From: Octopus sinensis
Lineage: Eukaryota
Direction: 5' to 3'
Length of the DNA stretch: 64,000 nucleotides
NCBI RefSeq assembly: GCF_006345805.1
Contig: NC_043005.1
Location: 77,128,001 to 77,192,000 of the forward strand
The position numbers were made by a program, and so were the translations under genes. Under the pieces are notes generated by a model. The model ran no database searches. It saw only the letters and a program-made list of their open reading frames with translations, and was not told the origin of the DNA. Below, one piece after another: positions 50,078-63,967 of this stretch (position 1 is its first letter; each line of letters begins with the position of its first letter).

Positions 50078-52009
50078 ATATATATGGAGTTTTACGTTAT
50101 ATTTCTAGATTCTAAGGGTTATACCCCTTTTTTCAGGTCATGTGGAAAAAAGAGGAATAGAACAATATTGTTACTCAGATGTGTGTATAGAGGGGGGAAG
50201 CTGCCATGTGCAAACTGGTATTGCTATCGTGACCAGTCTGCTTCATGTAGTTCTTTTCTGCTCTTTAAGGCTGGCCCCAGTTTGTTGATAAGGAGGACCT
50301 ACATGATCCTTAGATTGCCGCTGTTGCGTTAATCAACAGCGACAATCTCAGAGTCACGGACGCCCTCCTCAACGTTTCATCCCAAATACTCCCTGTATAT
50401 ATATATATATTTGTACGCATGTATATATGCATGTATGTACGTATGTATGTGTGTATGTATGTATATATGTATGTATTTATAGTTAAAAGCATATACATAC
50501 ACACACATATATTTATACGCACATACGCACACATATATATGTAAAAAGAGAGAAGGAGATTGCCACAGAGTAGATTGTCAACATTTGATACAATAAATAT
50601 GCAACATGTCTGTGTGTATGAGTGTATGGTCGTGCACGTATATGAGTGTGTAATAAGTTCATTTGTATGTGTGTTAATTTTAACAGCCATAAAACCCTGT
50701 GTTATGTCATGGAGCGTAACATCAGCTATTCGATACACACAAATCAATAAAACAAAAGCAACAGTGTGAAATATATACCTGAGTTGTAACGTTCCTTTTG
50801 CTCCAGTATGGTTACAGTCCACTGGCCTAAGCCAATAAAACGATAAAAGTATTTAGAATAAAAAAAATATTTACTGCATAATATGTCTACATATTTTAAC
50901 ACTTCAACACGTCATCTTAAAAATATATCCTGTAACTTTATCTCTGTAGTGAGATAAATTTATATTCTTACTAGACCTATATGCAGCTAGTTGAACGAAG
51001 GCAATGAGATAGAAGATTTATTACACACGCTTGTTCTATTTATTTTTCCGCCTGTGTTTAATCATGCGAAAAAAACGAAGCCAACGTTAACGATTGCCAT
51101 ATACATCTTTCAACTTAAAAGAAACACTTAATAGTTATCGCTTGTTACAAGTGATGCACTTTCCTTCATCATAAAACAACACTAAACATTGCTTGCACAA
51201 AGCAATACAGGTTATTAGGCAACTGTTTTATTTATTTATATGACCGGCACTTTTATTTAAAGCTATATATTTTCTCAGTTGTCGAAAATTTCTAGTTTTA
51301 AATAGTTGCTGCTTAGCTCCAGGTCAACCTCGAGAGAGAAAAATCTTTGTATTCCACAAATGAGAATCCCTTTTTGTTATGTTTTGCTAGGCTGGCATTA
51401 TCCAAAATAGTATTCCCTGTTTCATACAATAAAATTAAATTTGAATGCCATTTTACACTCAAAACAAGCTCTACTGTCAGAGATGTATATGAAGTTGAAG
51501 TTTACCTGTGTTACGGTCTGAAACGTAACACAGGCAACCTTCGTATAAAGAAGTCTATCCTAATTACCATGCTAAAAACCAGCATTAAACATGACAAGAA
51601 CTATAATATAAGACCAATATAACACCATCCTGCTTATATTTGTACCCTTTCCAACATATCTAAGTTACGCTGATAGATTCACTCCATCTCCCATTTCTCC
51701 ATAAACCGAGAAACGTTTTAATTAATATGTGTGTGCGTGTGTGTACGTGCGTGTGTGTGCACGCGCGTGCGCGCATGTGTATGAGTGTGTACGTGTGTGT
51801 ATTTATGAATTGGATAAAACATAGCACGTTCCTAACTAGACTATTAGTCATCAATTGCAAAATAGAATACACACACATAAATACACACACGCACACATGC
51901 ACACTCACACACACACACACACATATATATATACTCACACATACACACACACACACATACATGTATACATATGTACATATGCGTGTGTTTGTTTTTGTAT
52001 GTGTGTGTA

Positions 52010-52061
<52 letters not shown>

Positions 52062-52359
52062 TGTCTGTATCAGAATTAGATTTTGCATGATTTCGACCTG
52101 TACCAGTTGAACCTCGAATGATATTTGATATAGTTTGAACCAGCACCAGCTGAACCTAGCTTAACTTATTGATGTTTATTGCGTCTTTTATGATGTAAAT
52201 GTAAATCTACCTTGTGGCGCTGGAATGTCATCTTATTCTTCAGTGTTTCTCCTTCTTCTTCTTCATGTCACATTGGCAGACATCAGTCGCAATCGATCAT
52301 AAGCATCTTCAAAAGAATGTCGGTCTTCATGACCCCGATCTTTATTTTTTTCTTTACAA

Positions 52360-52401
<42 letters not shown>

Positions 52402-53566
52402 TATATTAAATTAGAGATAAAACCACTATTAGGCAAATCAAACAGTGAAAATCATAAGCCAATACATAGAAATAAAATTAAGTTAAAAAATATAAAAGTT
52501 AAAATTTATATTCTTTTCTAGAATGTATTGGAATATCCTTCAAAGATGAATTCCAAAATATCGGTTCTATCTTACCTGTAAATTCCATATGCCCTTACGG
52601 CATAACGTTTACGTCACTGCTTGAATCAGTAGTATTACATTTTGCCAGATATTAGAAGCTGACTCTTGTTCTTCTGTATTGATCTCGACTTAGCTCATAT
52701 CCATTTCGTAGTTTCTTTTCTCAGACAGTGGAATGCAATTTGAGGGAGATTTGGCAGCTATTTCAAGCGCGATTGCTGAGTACACAAAGCAAAGCTCTTT
52801 TGAATGCATATAGATCCATAAGCCAGCAACTTCCGAATAATACAAATTTCTATTATCATCAAAGACTTCCATCTTGGACTATCATGTCTATTTCAAACAC
52901 CCTGAAATATTATCGCAGAGCATAATTTAAGAGAGATTCAGATAACATCTTGCGCCCGTCGAAAGACGTTGCATAGGTCTCCTTCTTTGAACTCTGAGTC
53001 TTAAGGAACTTGATTAAATACCGATAGCTATTTATTCTACTGTTTCTTGTCTGTTTTGTTGTTCGTTTACCCATCGTCATTTAAATAGTACTGACGATTT
53101 ACATGTTGTAGCATAAATTCTAAAATGGATACAGAGGTTACTGTGTAAACTAGAAGTTCACTTCGCAAATTCGCAAATTCCGGTTCCATTCAATAAAGCC
53201 GCAACCTTGCCAAATGTCTGCTCGTAAAACCTTCATACAAAACATTATGTGTTTGTTGGCTGAATGCAGAAGAAACTACGACTCATATTTTCTACTGAAA
53301 CACTTCATCAAGATAGCGTGTTATGTTAACAATATACACCTGATCGGAATGCTTCCAAACATAAAGAAGAAAAGATACAAAAGAAAGGAAGAAAGAAAAA
53401 GCGATGATCATTAGCAGTTGGTTTTATTACATGAGAGAAAAGATTCGGTAACTAATTAATCATTTACTGTTGTAAATTTCAGAATAATTACGACTAGAAA
53501 ATTCATCAACAGTAATTACCATCTGGCTTTTGATCGCTGTCAAACAAACTATCTTAGTCTTAATGT

Positions 53567-53805
53567 GAAGGCGCATGGTTTAGTGTTCAGTATGTTGGAC
53601 ACACGATCGTAAGATTACGGTTTCGATTCCTGAACCAAGGGATGCTTTATGTTTTTTAGTAAAACATTTCATTTGACATTGCTTCTGCCCACTGATCTGG
53701 CAAAAGTGAGTAATCCTGCGACGGACTGGCGTCCCGTCCAGGAAGCGATATATACGCCAGAGAAACCAGGAACCCAACCTTATGCTCCTTACGGAGTGAT
53801 GTGGA
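53567..53805 (+). mobile_element. tRNA/CORE-type SINE, family T
   Basis: GAAGGCGCATGGTTTAGTG...GGTTTCGATTCC head. Confidence 0.7.
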
Positions 53806-53844
53806 CTAACCAATGTAACGAGACGATCAGTAGGTAAACAATGT

Positions 53845-54175
53845 TAATTTGTATGTGTTGGGGGTGTTATTCGTAAAGATCTGGTTGTAATTTATATAAA
53901 AGGCAATCGTGAAGGCAACTATTTGACCAAGCACATCCAATAGGAACATGAAGGTGGTTTTTCATTTAGACAAGCTAGTATTTTCAAAAGTTTTATTCGG
54001 CAAACGACAATCTTCTTTCAGAATTTATATTAATGAAAATACTTGTGACGCAAACTGTTTATGAAGTGTCTGAGTTAATTGCAAACAAAGTGAAACCTCT
54101 TATCGACGTAGAGTTTGTTAAAGAGCGTATAGATGATGTTGCACGAATTTTTACTGAAAGCAAGTTTGTTTGCTT
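53845..54175 (+). pseudogene. hAT (Charlie/SPIN-like) transposase N-terminal remnant
   Basis: KGNREGNYLTKH resembles the family motif K.YNL.RHY.TKH, followed by TVYEVSELIANKVKPLIDVEFVKERI, resembling SY.VS.LIAK..KPF.DGEFVKEC. Confidence 0.5.
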
Positions 54176-54254
54176 GAGAATTATTATTTAACACAGATAA
54201 TAGTTTCTGGTTTATATAAGAGGCATTGTCAAATATATTGAAATATCCTTAAAA

Positions 54255-54475
54255 TATATTGGTTTCAAATGTTTTCAGAAGACCACCAAATTCGGGAGCA
54301 GGGTGAAGTCGATTGAATCGATCTCAGTAATCAACTGATACTTATTTTATCGATCCCGAAAAGGATGAAAGGTCAAGTCGAACTCGGTGGAATTTGAAAT
54401 CAGAACATACAGCTAGACGAAATGCTGCTAAGCGTTTTACTCAGTGTGCTAACGATTCTGCCAGCTGGTTACCTT
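54255..54475 (-). mobile_element. SINE family M (diverged)
   Basis: GGATGAAAGGTCAAGTCGAACTCGGTGGAATTTGAA block. Confidence 0.75.
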
Positions 54476-55486
54476 CATATTGCTTAAGAACCTATGTTTG
54501 ATTAGTGTGCATGAAACAACAGATATAGTAAATATGGTCGATTTAGTTACACTTGTATGTGAAATATAGACATTTTAACGATATGAGAAGAATTGGTACA
54601 CGGCTCTGAGAGAGGTGACTACCTTCATTTTTGTCTCCGGAATCATATTGAAAATTACTGGATTCGATTTACTTAGTGAAAGATTTAACGGTGCAGTTAC
54701 AGACAGTATGATTTTTATGGTAGGATGGCAAAAAGCTGCTTTAAATAATAATTGAAGAACTATGAATTGGACCTCAATAGTGAATCATTGACTTACTCAT
54801 CAACGAAATATATGTACATATTCTATAAGAATGGGCAATTTGATAAAGGTATCAAAATGTATTAAATTCATAAAGAAAAACAATAAAGTAACATAGAAGT
54901 TAATTTAACGATTTGAAGCGTTTAGAAGAGGGAGATGGTGATTATCTTTACAATTGTGAGATTTCTTTGGATAAAAATGGATCCATTCTTAACTACTTCT
55001 ATATAACTGCTTCATGAATACTAAAGCATTCCAATTTTGGAATTATCTATTATTATATTTGGTTCATATCGTTATCCACTTAAACCATATATGACTGAGA
55101 CAGCAAAAAATAAAAACGAATCAGTTTACTATCTCTCCCTTGCAATTATCAGGGGCGTTGAATCAGATGTTACCGACTTAATTAACAAAACACTACATAA
55201 TATATGTTTTCAACATTGGGATAACAAAAGCCAGGATTGTTGCTCTCATATGCTAGAGAGTATTTCAATCTTTGAGATCAATTTTAAAAGAAACTGTGAG
55301 CCTTGCAAAAACCATGAGCTCGAACTTCGAAGATGCAAAACGCCATTACTAGTATTCCAGATGAAAAACCTGATATTTTGCACTTTTGTTAATTTGTTTA
55401 CAATCAGATTATACTTTGATATTCACATTAGATAGATTATCCATTTTCAAATTTTGTCTATGTTATGTACATATTACTTTTTTACT

Positions 55487-56002
<516 letters not shown>

Positions 56003-57404
56003 ATTATGTACATGTTATGGACATATCTGCTTTGAGTAGTGCTTTGTAAATTACATCACTATCTTCTGCCACTCAACGATATGACAAATATTTCTTAACC
56101 ACTTGTGTGTTTTTACGGATAACGATGTTGAAAACCACAAAAGTGTTGCTACATGACCGGCCTCCATCTCACATTCTTGAAGCTTCTAAAATTCACCCCA
56201 TCTCATTAAAATGCAAAATAAAATGTCTCATTTAATTTAAAACAGTAAACTCTTTTATGCTTGATGATCCGTTAATTAAAGCATTATTACTAAATAGCTA
56301 ATTAATGCACCATAACATTTTAATTAATGTTGCGTAGGTGAGATCGCATGTGAATTTGTAAAATTAAAGATGTTAAGTTTTACTTGGTTTCGCTCAAAGT
56401 TTTCCATCAGATTGCTTTTCTTTTCTACGTTTTTTTGTCTTAAGCTCTATCAAAATGTAGAGGGGGGAAATACAAAAAAAAAAAAAAAAAGGAAAGAAAG
56501 AAAATTGGTAAAGTTATAGTTTTGCAATATTTTTATAGAAGCAAAAACTTTAATGCCACCAATGCATTCGGCATCAAACGAGGTTCTTTGAATAATTCAA
56601 TGTAATTTAATAGCAACTTTTTATGTCATATTCTAAAAATTATTACAGAAAACTGACTGCGCATGTGCGATTGCACGAACACACATATACCTAGGGTGGA
56701 ATTGATTTCTGAGTATCCGACAACGTTAGCTTTCTTCTTTTTCTTTTCTATTAAAAATAATTTGGTTTGTTAAATATTAATTATTTTCACTTATGCGTCT
56801 TATCTCAATAGATCTTACTAGAAAAGTATTTCTTTAAAAAATTTAAGTACGAGCAATCTGGTTTGTTTTATATTAGCAAAAGCTAATAAAACTTGTAAAA
56901 TAAAATACAATCGTAAGCTGCAACGAGACGGGAATTCAGAAATTTCTCGAAAATAATGGAATATGTGTCACAAGGGATACGACATCTTATTGATATCGAA
57001 CTAAAGAAAACGTTTTTTGACAAAGTGAACTCATGTTAATTATGCATTGCCAAATGTTACACAATGTCAAACATAATTCCAATAGTGTTCTGTGATAAAT
57101 TTTTTGTGAGAGTCTAGAATAATAAATGTTATAACAATGTGCTATAGTTTTTTGATCGATACAGAAGCATACTTTCCCGTTATGTCTTTCAACTAAACTG
57201 TTGGTCGTTAACCATGTTTTAGCTTCGTGACTTCATAATAATTTGATTTCGTTTTTTCTTTCTCCAGACAAAATTTTCTAGGAAGAACTTTCATTTTATA
57301 ACCAGCATGACTGTTTTTCGTTTCGTTCGTGTTTGTTTGGCTGGTTAGTGTTTTATTTGATGCTTGATAAGGTTTCCTGTTTTATGACATTTAAATGTGT
57401 TTTT

Positions 57405-57600
57405 GTCTTTTGTCTTTTAACCTGCTTCAGTCATTGGACTGCCGCCATGCTGGGGCACCGCCTTGAAGGTTTTATTCACAGATCGACCTCAGTGACATTT
57501 TGCAAAGCCTGGTAGTTATCCTATAGGTCTCTAGCTGAATCGCTAGGCTACATAAATGTAAACAAACCAACTCCGGTTTTCAAGCTGTGCTGCAGGACAA
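57405..57600 (-). mobile_element. SINE family C, 3' half
   Basis: CAGTCATTGGACTGCCGCCATGCTGGGGCACCGCCTTGAA. Confidence 0.75.
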
Positions 57601-57651
57601 AGACAGACATAAATACAATATACACACACAATGACATATGTGTATGTGTGT

Positions 57652-57985
57652 GAAGGCGCATGGCTCGGGGATAAGAGCGTCGGGCTCACAATCATGAGGT
57701 AGTGAGTGAGTTCAATTCCCGGACCGAGTTGTGTTCTTGAGCAAGACACTTTATTTCTCGTTGCTTCAGTTCACTCAGTTGTAGAAATCAGTAGTGATGT
57801 TAGTGGTGCAAAGTTGAAAAGGCATTTGCTTTTCCCTTTGAAAACATCCATGGTATGAAGGATGGTATGCATGGGTGGATGCTGGTCTTCCATAAACAAT
57901 TTTGACCGGACTTGTGCTTAGGAGGGGAACTTTCTTGGTGCAATCTCATGGTCATTCATGACAAAAGGAGATCTTTACCCTCATG
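57652..57985 (+). mobile_element. tRNA/CORE-type SINE, family T, full length
   Basis: GAAGGCGCATGGCTC...GAGTTCAATTCCCGGACCG...TTCTTGAGCAAGACACTTTATTTC. Confidence 0.8.
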
Positions 57986-58029
57986 TGTGTGTATGTGTGT
58001 GTGTGTGTGTGTGTGTGTAGCATAATTGT

Positions 58030-58195
58030 CATGCATAAGCAGTGGGATGCAACGGTGACAAGGTTGTACCTTTTGAATTTGAAGTGCAATCGAAGGCTTT
58101 AGGAAATTGCATTTGTCCAAAATGTCATGCTGTGTGATCGAACTGAAGATCTCGTCATTGCGAAGCGAATCTCATAAACATTTAGACACACTGCG
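58030..58195 (-). mobile_element. Family T-like SINE head (diverged)
   Basis: Minus strand reads GGCGCAGTGTGTC...CAGTTCGATCACACAGC. Confidence 0.5.
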
Positions 58196-58212
58196 CCAAC
58201 GATAGCAATTTG

Positions 58213-58353
58213 CCTCTTTGAGCCCGTAACACCAGTTTAACGGTGGATGGCTTATTATTCTCTATAACGTAGCACCGCTCTATACCGTTACACCGGTGGA
58301 GTGCCAGGTATATGGTAAAATAAGTTTTAGTAGGTCAGGGCTCAAAGGGTTAA
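58213..58353. mobile_element. Small MITE, piggyBac-like ends
   Basis: CCTCTTTGAGCCC ... GGGCTCAAAGGG-TTAA. The left TTAA is not preserved. Confidence 0.45.
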
Positions 58354-58995
58354 TAATGTTTATAAAACAACAGAACCGTCCAAATTAAAAAACATGAGAA
58401 TTAACAAACATGATCTGGATCAATGCAAAGTAAGCAAAGCCGATGCACCATAGGTTCTGTCTTTCCGAGAACAGAAAAAACAGGATCGATATGAGAGCTT
58501 CGACTCTTTTTAAAAACTTGTATATCCTTCTTTTTTCTATGCAGAGATCCATTTTCTGTTGCATGAACATGTAAGAAAGCAATCATATTCTTTACATCAT
58601 ATTGCTGCACTAAACTCGAATGTTTGTGTAAAGATTTTATGCACTTAGAATGAATAAATAAATTATTTAATTAATTAATTAATCGTGTCTAAATCTCGTG
58701 TATAAATATGCAATTTTATTGATAAAATTAACAATAATCATTGATTAAGATAAATGTTTGGTAAGGAATGTAAGTTCTAATTAAGTTTTTGGTAAGAAAT
58801 TAATTAACACATGTTTTGCTATGCAGATTAAACTGACTGACACGTATTCTATCGGAATATTTTACCGAACCGCAAATTTGTGGAACCGTAAACCAACCAC
58901 TACTGGTTTTCAAGTGTGGGAGACAAACAAAAGACAAACACATTCCATCACTCGCACATATCTATACAAGCACACAGAGGAACGCTTATATATAT

Positions 58996-59069
<74 letters not shown>

Positions 59070-59070
<1 letters not shown>

Positions 59071-59701
59071 TCAAAAATAAGGGGAAAAAATTGGATATTA
59101 ATTTAATAATACCATCAAGTTAACACCAAGTGGCTTAGCGCATAAAAACCAGGGATACAATAAAATTTATACACAAATATGAGAGAGTGTCCACTATGTG
59201 GTCGACTCTTGCGCTAAAAATAGATCCGCTAAGGTCTCAACCACCGAGAATTGTTTCCAAGGAGAATTAGCACAACTATGAACGTAACCGAGCAGGACAA
59301 ATGAAAAATAACATAAATGTAGATTAATTCTAGACAATTGTTTCGCTATTAATGAATTATGTAATTTTACTTACATAATATATCCATAGCTCATCAGTAG
59401 AATTTGTCTTGGATACAATTTACTAAACCGCACGCCAGATTTTAACATAGCGTTAAACACACGTGTGGTTTAGTCAATTATATTCGCAGTTATGATTCGA
59501 ATGCCCTCGTTATAGCCCGCCAAAAATCCCGGAAACAAATACTGCATAAAAAAATTACTGCAGTATAATTAAAATCAAAAATAAGGGGAAAAAATTGGAT
59601 ATTAATTTAATAATACCATCAATTTAACACCAAGTGGCTTAGCGCATAAAAACCAGGGATACAATAAAAATTTATACACAAATAAAAATTTATACACAAA
59701 T
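59070..59701 (-). mobile_element. Non-coding 504-bp-period element with ~109-bp terminal direct repeats and a central hammerhead (retrozyme or Penelope pLTR-like)
   Basis: DR1 59070-59178 and DR2 59574-59683 differ by one substitution and one indel. A further ~18-bp duplication extends to 59701. No ORF of 60 aa or more. Confidence 0.8.
59326..59404 (-). ncRNA. Intact type I hammerhead ribozyme, GUC cleavage site between 59333 and 59332
   Basis: AATTCTA-CTGATGA-GCTAT..ATTATGTAA-GTAAAA-TTACATAAT..ATAGC-GAAA-CAATTG-TC-TAGAATT. It has a 7-bp stem I, a 5+9-bp stem II and a palindromic ACAATTGT stem III. Confidence 0.92.
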
Positions 59702-59751
59702 AAAACCTTAAGATTAAAGATGAAATTTGTATAGTGCTCTGTGAACATATT

Positions 59752-59958
59752 TCTTTTCTACTCTAGGCACAAGGCCCGAAAATTTTGTGGTGGTGATCAG
59801 TTGATTAGAGTGTCCACAGTACGCAACTGGTACTTAATTTGTCGATTCCGAAAGAATAAAAGGTAAAGTATACCTTGGCGGAATTTGAACTTAGAGACAA
59901 TTGAAATAATAATAAACATCTCGCCGGAGTGCTAATGTTTCTGCCAGATTGCCGCCTT
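59752..59958 (-). mobile_element. SINE family M
   Basis: Reverse complement of consensus. Confidence 0.8.
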
Positions 59959-60819
59959 AAAGAAGATGATTATATTTGTTATTATCATGGAGATCATGTA
60001 GAAATTTCTGAGTGAATAAAAAGAGAAAAAATAAAATCGAATGTGTAGAGGCAGGAACTTAAACACGAGAATATCAACGAAATGGTTACTATTTCAATTC
60101 AAGTCTGATATAGCTGACAGCACATCAAGTAGTCTTTCGATTCCTTTTTTTTATTTTGATTTACCCCTCCACAAGCTTACGAACAGACACACAAATACAC
60201 GTAGGTACTCACAGAACGACACGCAATTACATGTAGAATCAAACAGGCAGACACACTCATACACGTAGGTTACATACATACGCAGATGCAGGAACGTAAA
60301 ACACGCACATTTCCTGCACAGCCAGTCGAAAAGTGTTCATATATTGAATGAATTTATACTGATGCTGTGAAGTGACCTGAAACATTCTCTTGCGCACGCA
60401 ATTATAATCACCAATAAACAGTTAAGATGACGAGCGTTGATATAGTACTGAACGACCAACTAAGACGTCATGAGTTCGTTATTTGTGTTGTAACCATGGC
60501 TAAAAATGCTAATTCTAATATAGGGATTCATATTGTGGAACAAATCACTACATAGAAATGCGCTATGCTTGACATCTTCCTGTTTGAGGCTAATGTTACA
60601 TATGTTATTAGAAAGAAGAGACGGGACTTGTATGTCTTTCCCAAGGCTAATTGTAGCGTCAGCTTGCAGGAATTGTAAATCGAAACTCGTAACCGGTTCC
60701 GTATTTTATTGGAATTTATTTCTTGATTTGCAAAGCAGCGAGCAGGTAGAATTGTTAACATATGGAACTAAATACTTAGCGTCATTTCTTCCAGCTCTGT
60801 ATATTAGGGTGCAAATACC

Positions 60820-61235
60820 TATTTCTTTACTACCCACAAGGGACTAAACACAGAGAGGACAAACTAGGACAGACAAACAGATTAAGTCGATTATATCGAC
60901 CCCAGTGCGTTACTGGTACTTACTTAATCGCCCTCGAAAGAACGAAAGGCAAATCCGACCTCGGCGGAATTTGAACTCAGAGCGTAGCGGCAGACGAAAT
61001 ACTTATTTCTTTACGACCCGCAATGGGCTAAACACAGAGAGGACAAACAAGGACAGACAAACGGATTAATTCGTTTATATCGACCCTAGTGCGTAACTAG
61101 TATTTATTTAATCGACCTCGAAAGGATGAAAGGCAAAGTCGACCTCGGCGGAATTTGAACTCAGAACGTAGCGGCAGACGAAATACCGCTAAGCATTTCG
61201 CCCGGCGTGCTAACGATTCTGCCAGCTCGCCGCCT
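60820..61235 (-). mobile_element. SINE family M, full length with three internal sub-repeats and an 18-bp TSD
   Basis: TATTAGGGTGCAAATACC at 60802-60819 and 61236-61253. Confidence 0.93.
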
Positions 61236-62409
61236 TATTAGGGTGCAAATACCATTGATGTTAACTTTGCCATTCAGCAATTCAAGGTCGATAAAATAAG
61301 TACTTTTCAAGTACCATGGTCGGTGCAATCTATCCTCGTAATTACTGGCCTTGATGCCAGCAACAGAATGGCGTCCCATTCTGGAGAATGTTGCGCTCTA
61401 AGTCGCTTATACGCCATGGGAAGCGAATAATCGGTCTTAGGATTGCTATGACCCGAGAAAGAAAAATTATGTGTGTTTAGAATAATGTATATTTGTGTAG
61501 TTCTTTTTATTTCTCACTGTGACTAATGGTTGTCAAGGATCAGCCTCTCCCAAGGTAGCTTCTCTTAAATTTATTTCAAAAATAATTATTTATCGATGCG
61601 TTTAACCAATTCATTATAGCATACTCCAACACTACAATTAACGACATACACTCAAAGCTAAAACTATGAATTCGAAAATATATTCAAATACAGGAAAGGA
61701 ACAAAATGGTTTCTCATACAGCAGATACGCATCGCTACCTCATAATTTACAATGTAAGAAGAAAAAATATAACGGACACGACCCAATAGAGACCGCCACG
61801 TCAATAACACTGCGGCGAACAACTTTAGACAGAATGTACTGCATTCTATCAGCGAGCTGCTAGCTTTTGTTGAGATGATATATGAAGCTATATTGTCGAT
61901 GCATATATTTTGCTGATATGCGCAGTGTGTTTATGTAGGCTTATGTAAGTGTGTGTGTTTGTGACAAACGTGTAACTACACGAACGTACCGATGTAGATA
62001 TACGAGAATATAAAAGCGATTATTCATTAGTTCATTATCACAACTTCATAAATCTTCTTGAATGCAATGGCAATCCATCACAGTGATATTCTCTGGAGAT
62101 TTCTGACAGTTATATGAAGTGAGACATGTAAACTTAAGTTACCTGAAGGTTCGGGGATGATGAGAGAATGAAGGTGAAGCATTAACATAAAACTTTTGTC
62201 AAACTCACCAATGAGTATTGCTTTGAGACCTTAATTGCTTAGAGCACACATCTCTTTAAGTTAATATACACAAGGGTAGTCATTTTAGAATCACAAACCA
62301 AAGGAAAACTTATAACATTTATAATACCGTGACATCAAGTTCCCGGAAACTTATGGTCCAAATCCATTTCGAATTACTGATTTTTCCGAACCAGAGGTTA
62401 GTCACACTC

Positions 62410-62640
62410 TGGGCGCAGGCGTGGCTGTATGATAAAAAGCTTGCTTCTCAATCACATGATTCCAGGTTCAGTCCCACTGCGTGGCACCTTGAGCATATGT
62501 CTTCAATTAGAGACTCGGGCCGACCAGGAGTGGATTTGGTAGACGAAAACTGAAAGAAGCCAGTCGTGTGTGTGTCTCCCTGTATCTGTGTTCGTCCTCC
62601 ACCACCGCTTGACAAACGGTGTTGGTGTGTTTATGTCCCC
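62410..62640 (+). mobile_element. SINE family C, 5' two-thirds
   Basis: GGCGCAGGCGTGGCTGTATGATAAAAAGCTTGC...GGTTCAGTCCCACTGCGTGGCACCTTG. Confidence 0.8.
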
Positions 62641-62669
62641 GTATATAAAAACGCACACACTGCTTCATT

Positions 62670-62835
62670 CACTTGTCAGACTGCGATCATGCTGGAGCAC
62701 GGCCTTGAATTTTAGTCGATGGAAGCGACATCGGATCTTATATTTTCTTTAAGCCGAGTATGTGTTCAATTAATTACTTTTGCCGGATCGTCAGGTTACA
62801 AGGACGTAAACACACCAATGTTGGTTGTCAAGTGG
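62670..62835 (-). mobile_element. SINE family C, 3' half
   Basis: GACTGCGATCATGCTGGAGCACGGCCTTGAA. Confidence 0.7.
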
Positions 62836-62899
62836 TGGAGGAGAAAACATACACACACACAGACATATACATACACACACACAAACGCACTAGCACGCT

Positions 62900-62985
62900 T
62901 TATGTATCCACCCCGACAGGATGAAAGGCTAAGTCCACCTCGGCGGAATTTGAACTCAGAGCATAAGGACAGACGAAATTCCGGT
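62900..62985 (-). mobile_element. SINE family M fragment
   Basis: GGATGAAAGGCTAAGTCCACCTCGGCGGAATTTGAACTCAGA. Confidence 0.75.
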
Positions 62986-63077
62986 GAGCCTCGGAAATAT
63001 TAAAAAACGATATATTCAGAACACTCACTACCCATGAATTACTTCAGAACAATTCCATTCCCTACTGCTACTTTTTG

Positions 63078-63131
<54 letters not shown>

Positions 63132-63271
63132 CTGAACGAAACTTTGAAGTCACTATCATCAGCATCGTTGTGTAAAAATAATAGATTTGTACTCTACAAA
63201 AGTATGCAGGAACCCAACAGGTTAATGTAATGGAAAATTGCTTTTATTTTAACTGAACATAGAAACAAACA

Positions 63272-63274
<3 letters not shown>

Positions 63275-63336
<62 letters not shown>

Positions 63337-63536
63337 TATATAATATAACTATATATGTATACATATATATACATATACATATATACGTATACACATATAT
63401 ATACATATATGGATATATGTTTATACATATATATATATATATACATATAGATAATATATATAAACATATATATACTATATAAATATACACATATATATAT
63501 ATGTATATACACACATATATATATACATATATATAT

Positions 63537-63567
<31 letters not shown>

Positions 63568-63600
63568 CATATATACATATATATATATATATATTTTTAT
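63275..63600. repeat. Imperfect (TA)n/(TACA)n tract
   Basis: Read directly from the sequence. Confidence 0.95.
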
Positions 63601-63867
63601 GTTTATATATATACTGCGAGTCAGCAAAATCGTTGGAGCGTCGAGTGCCTTGCAGTATCTGTTCCATTAATTGACGCTTTGAATTCAGAGACGCGTCTTA
63701 TCACTTTCTCACGGGAAGATGTTTCGCAACATCCCAACGATTTCTTTCAACTTATCAATCTCCATGACAGCAGAACTTGCACGCGGGAGTTGCCAATGAT
63801 AGGGTGATGCTTGATAGCTTAACAAAAATTATTGAATATGTATGCAAGCGCACATACACCAATTCAT

Positions 63868-63898
<31 letters not shown>

Positions 63899-63967
63899 TG
63901 TTTCTTTATTAGCCACACAGGGCTGCACACAGATAGAACAAATACAAGGTAGAGCTTTTCTTTTGAA

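Noticed and set aside
55037-55435. 132-aa ORF
   Set aside because: No recognisable motif beyond a vague resemblance to a decayed RT, so it is not supportable.
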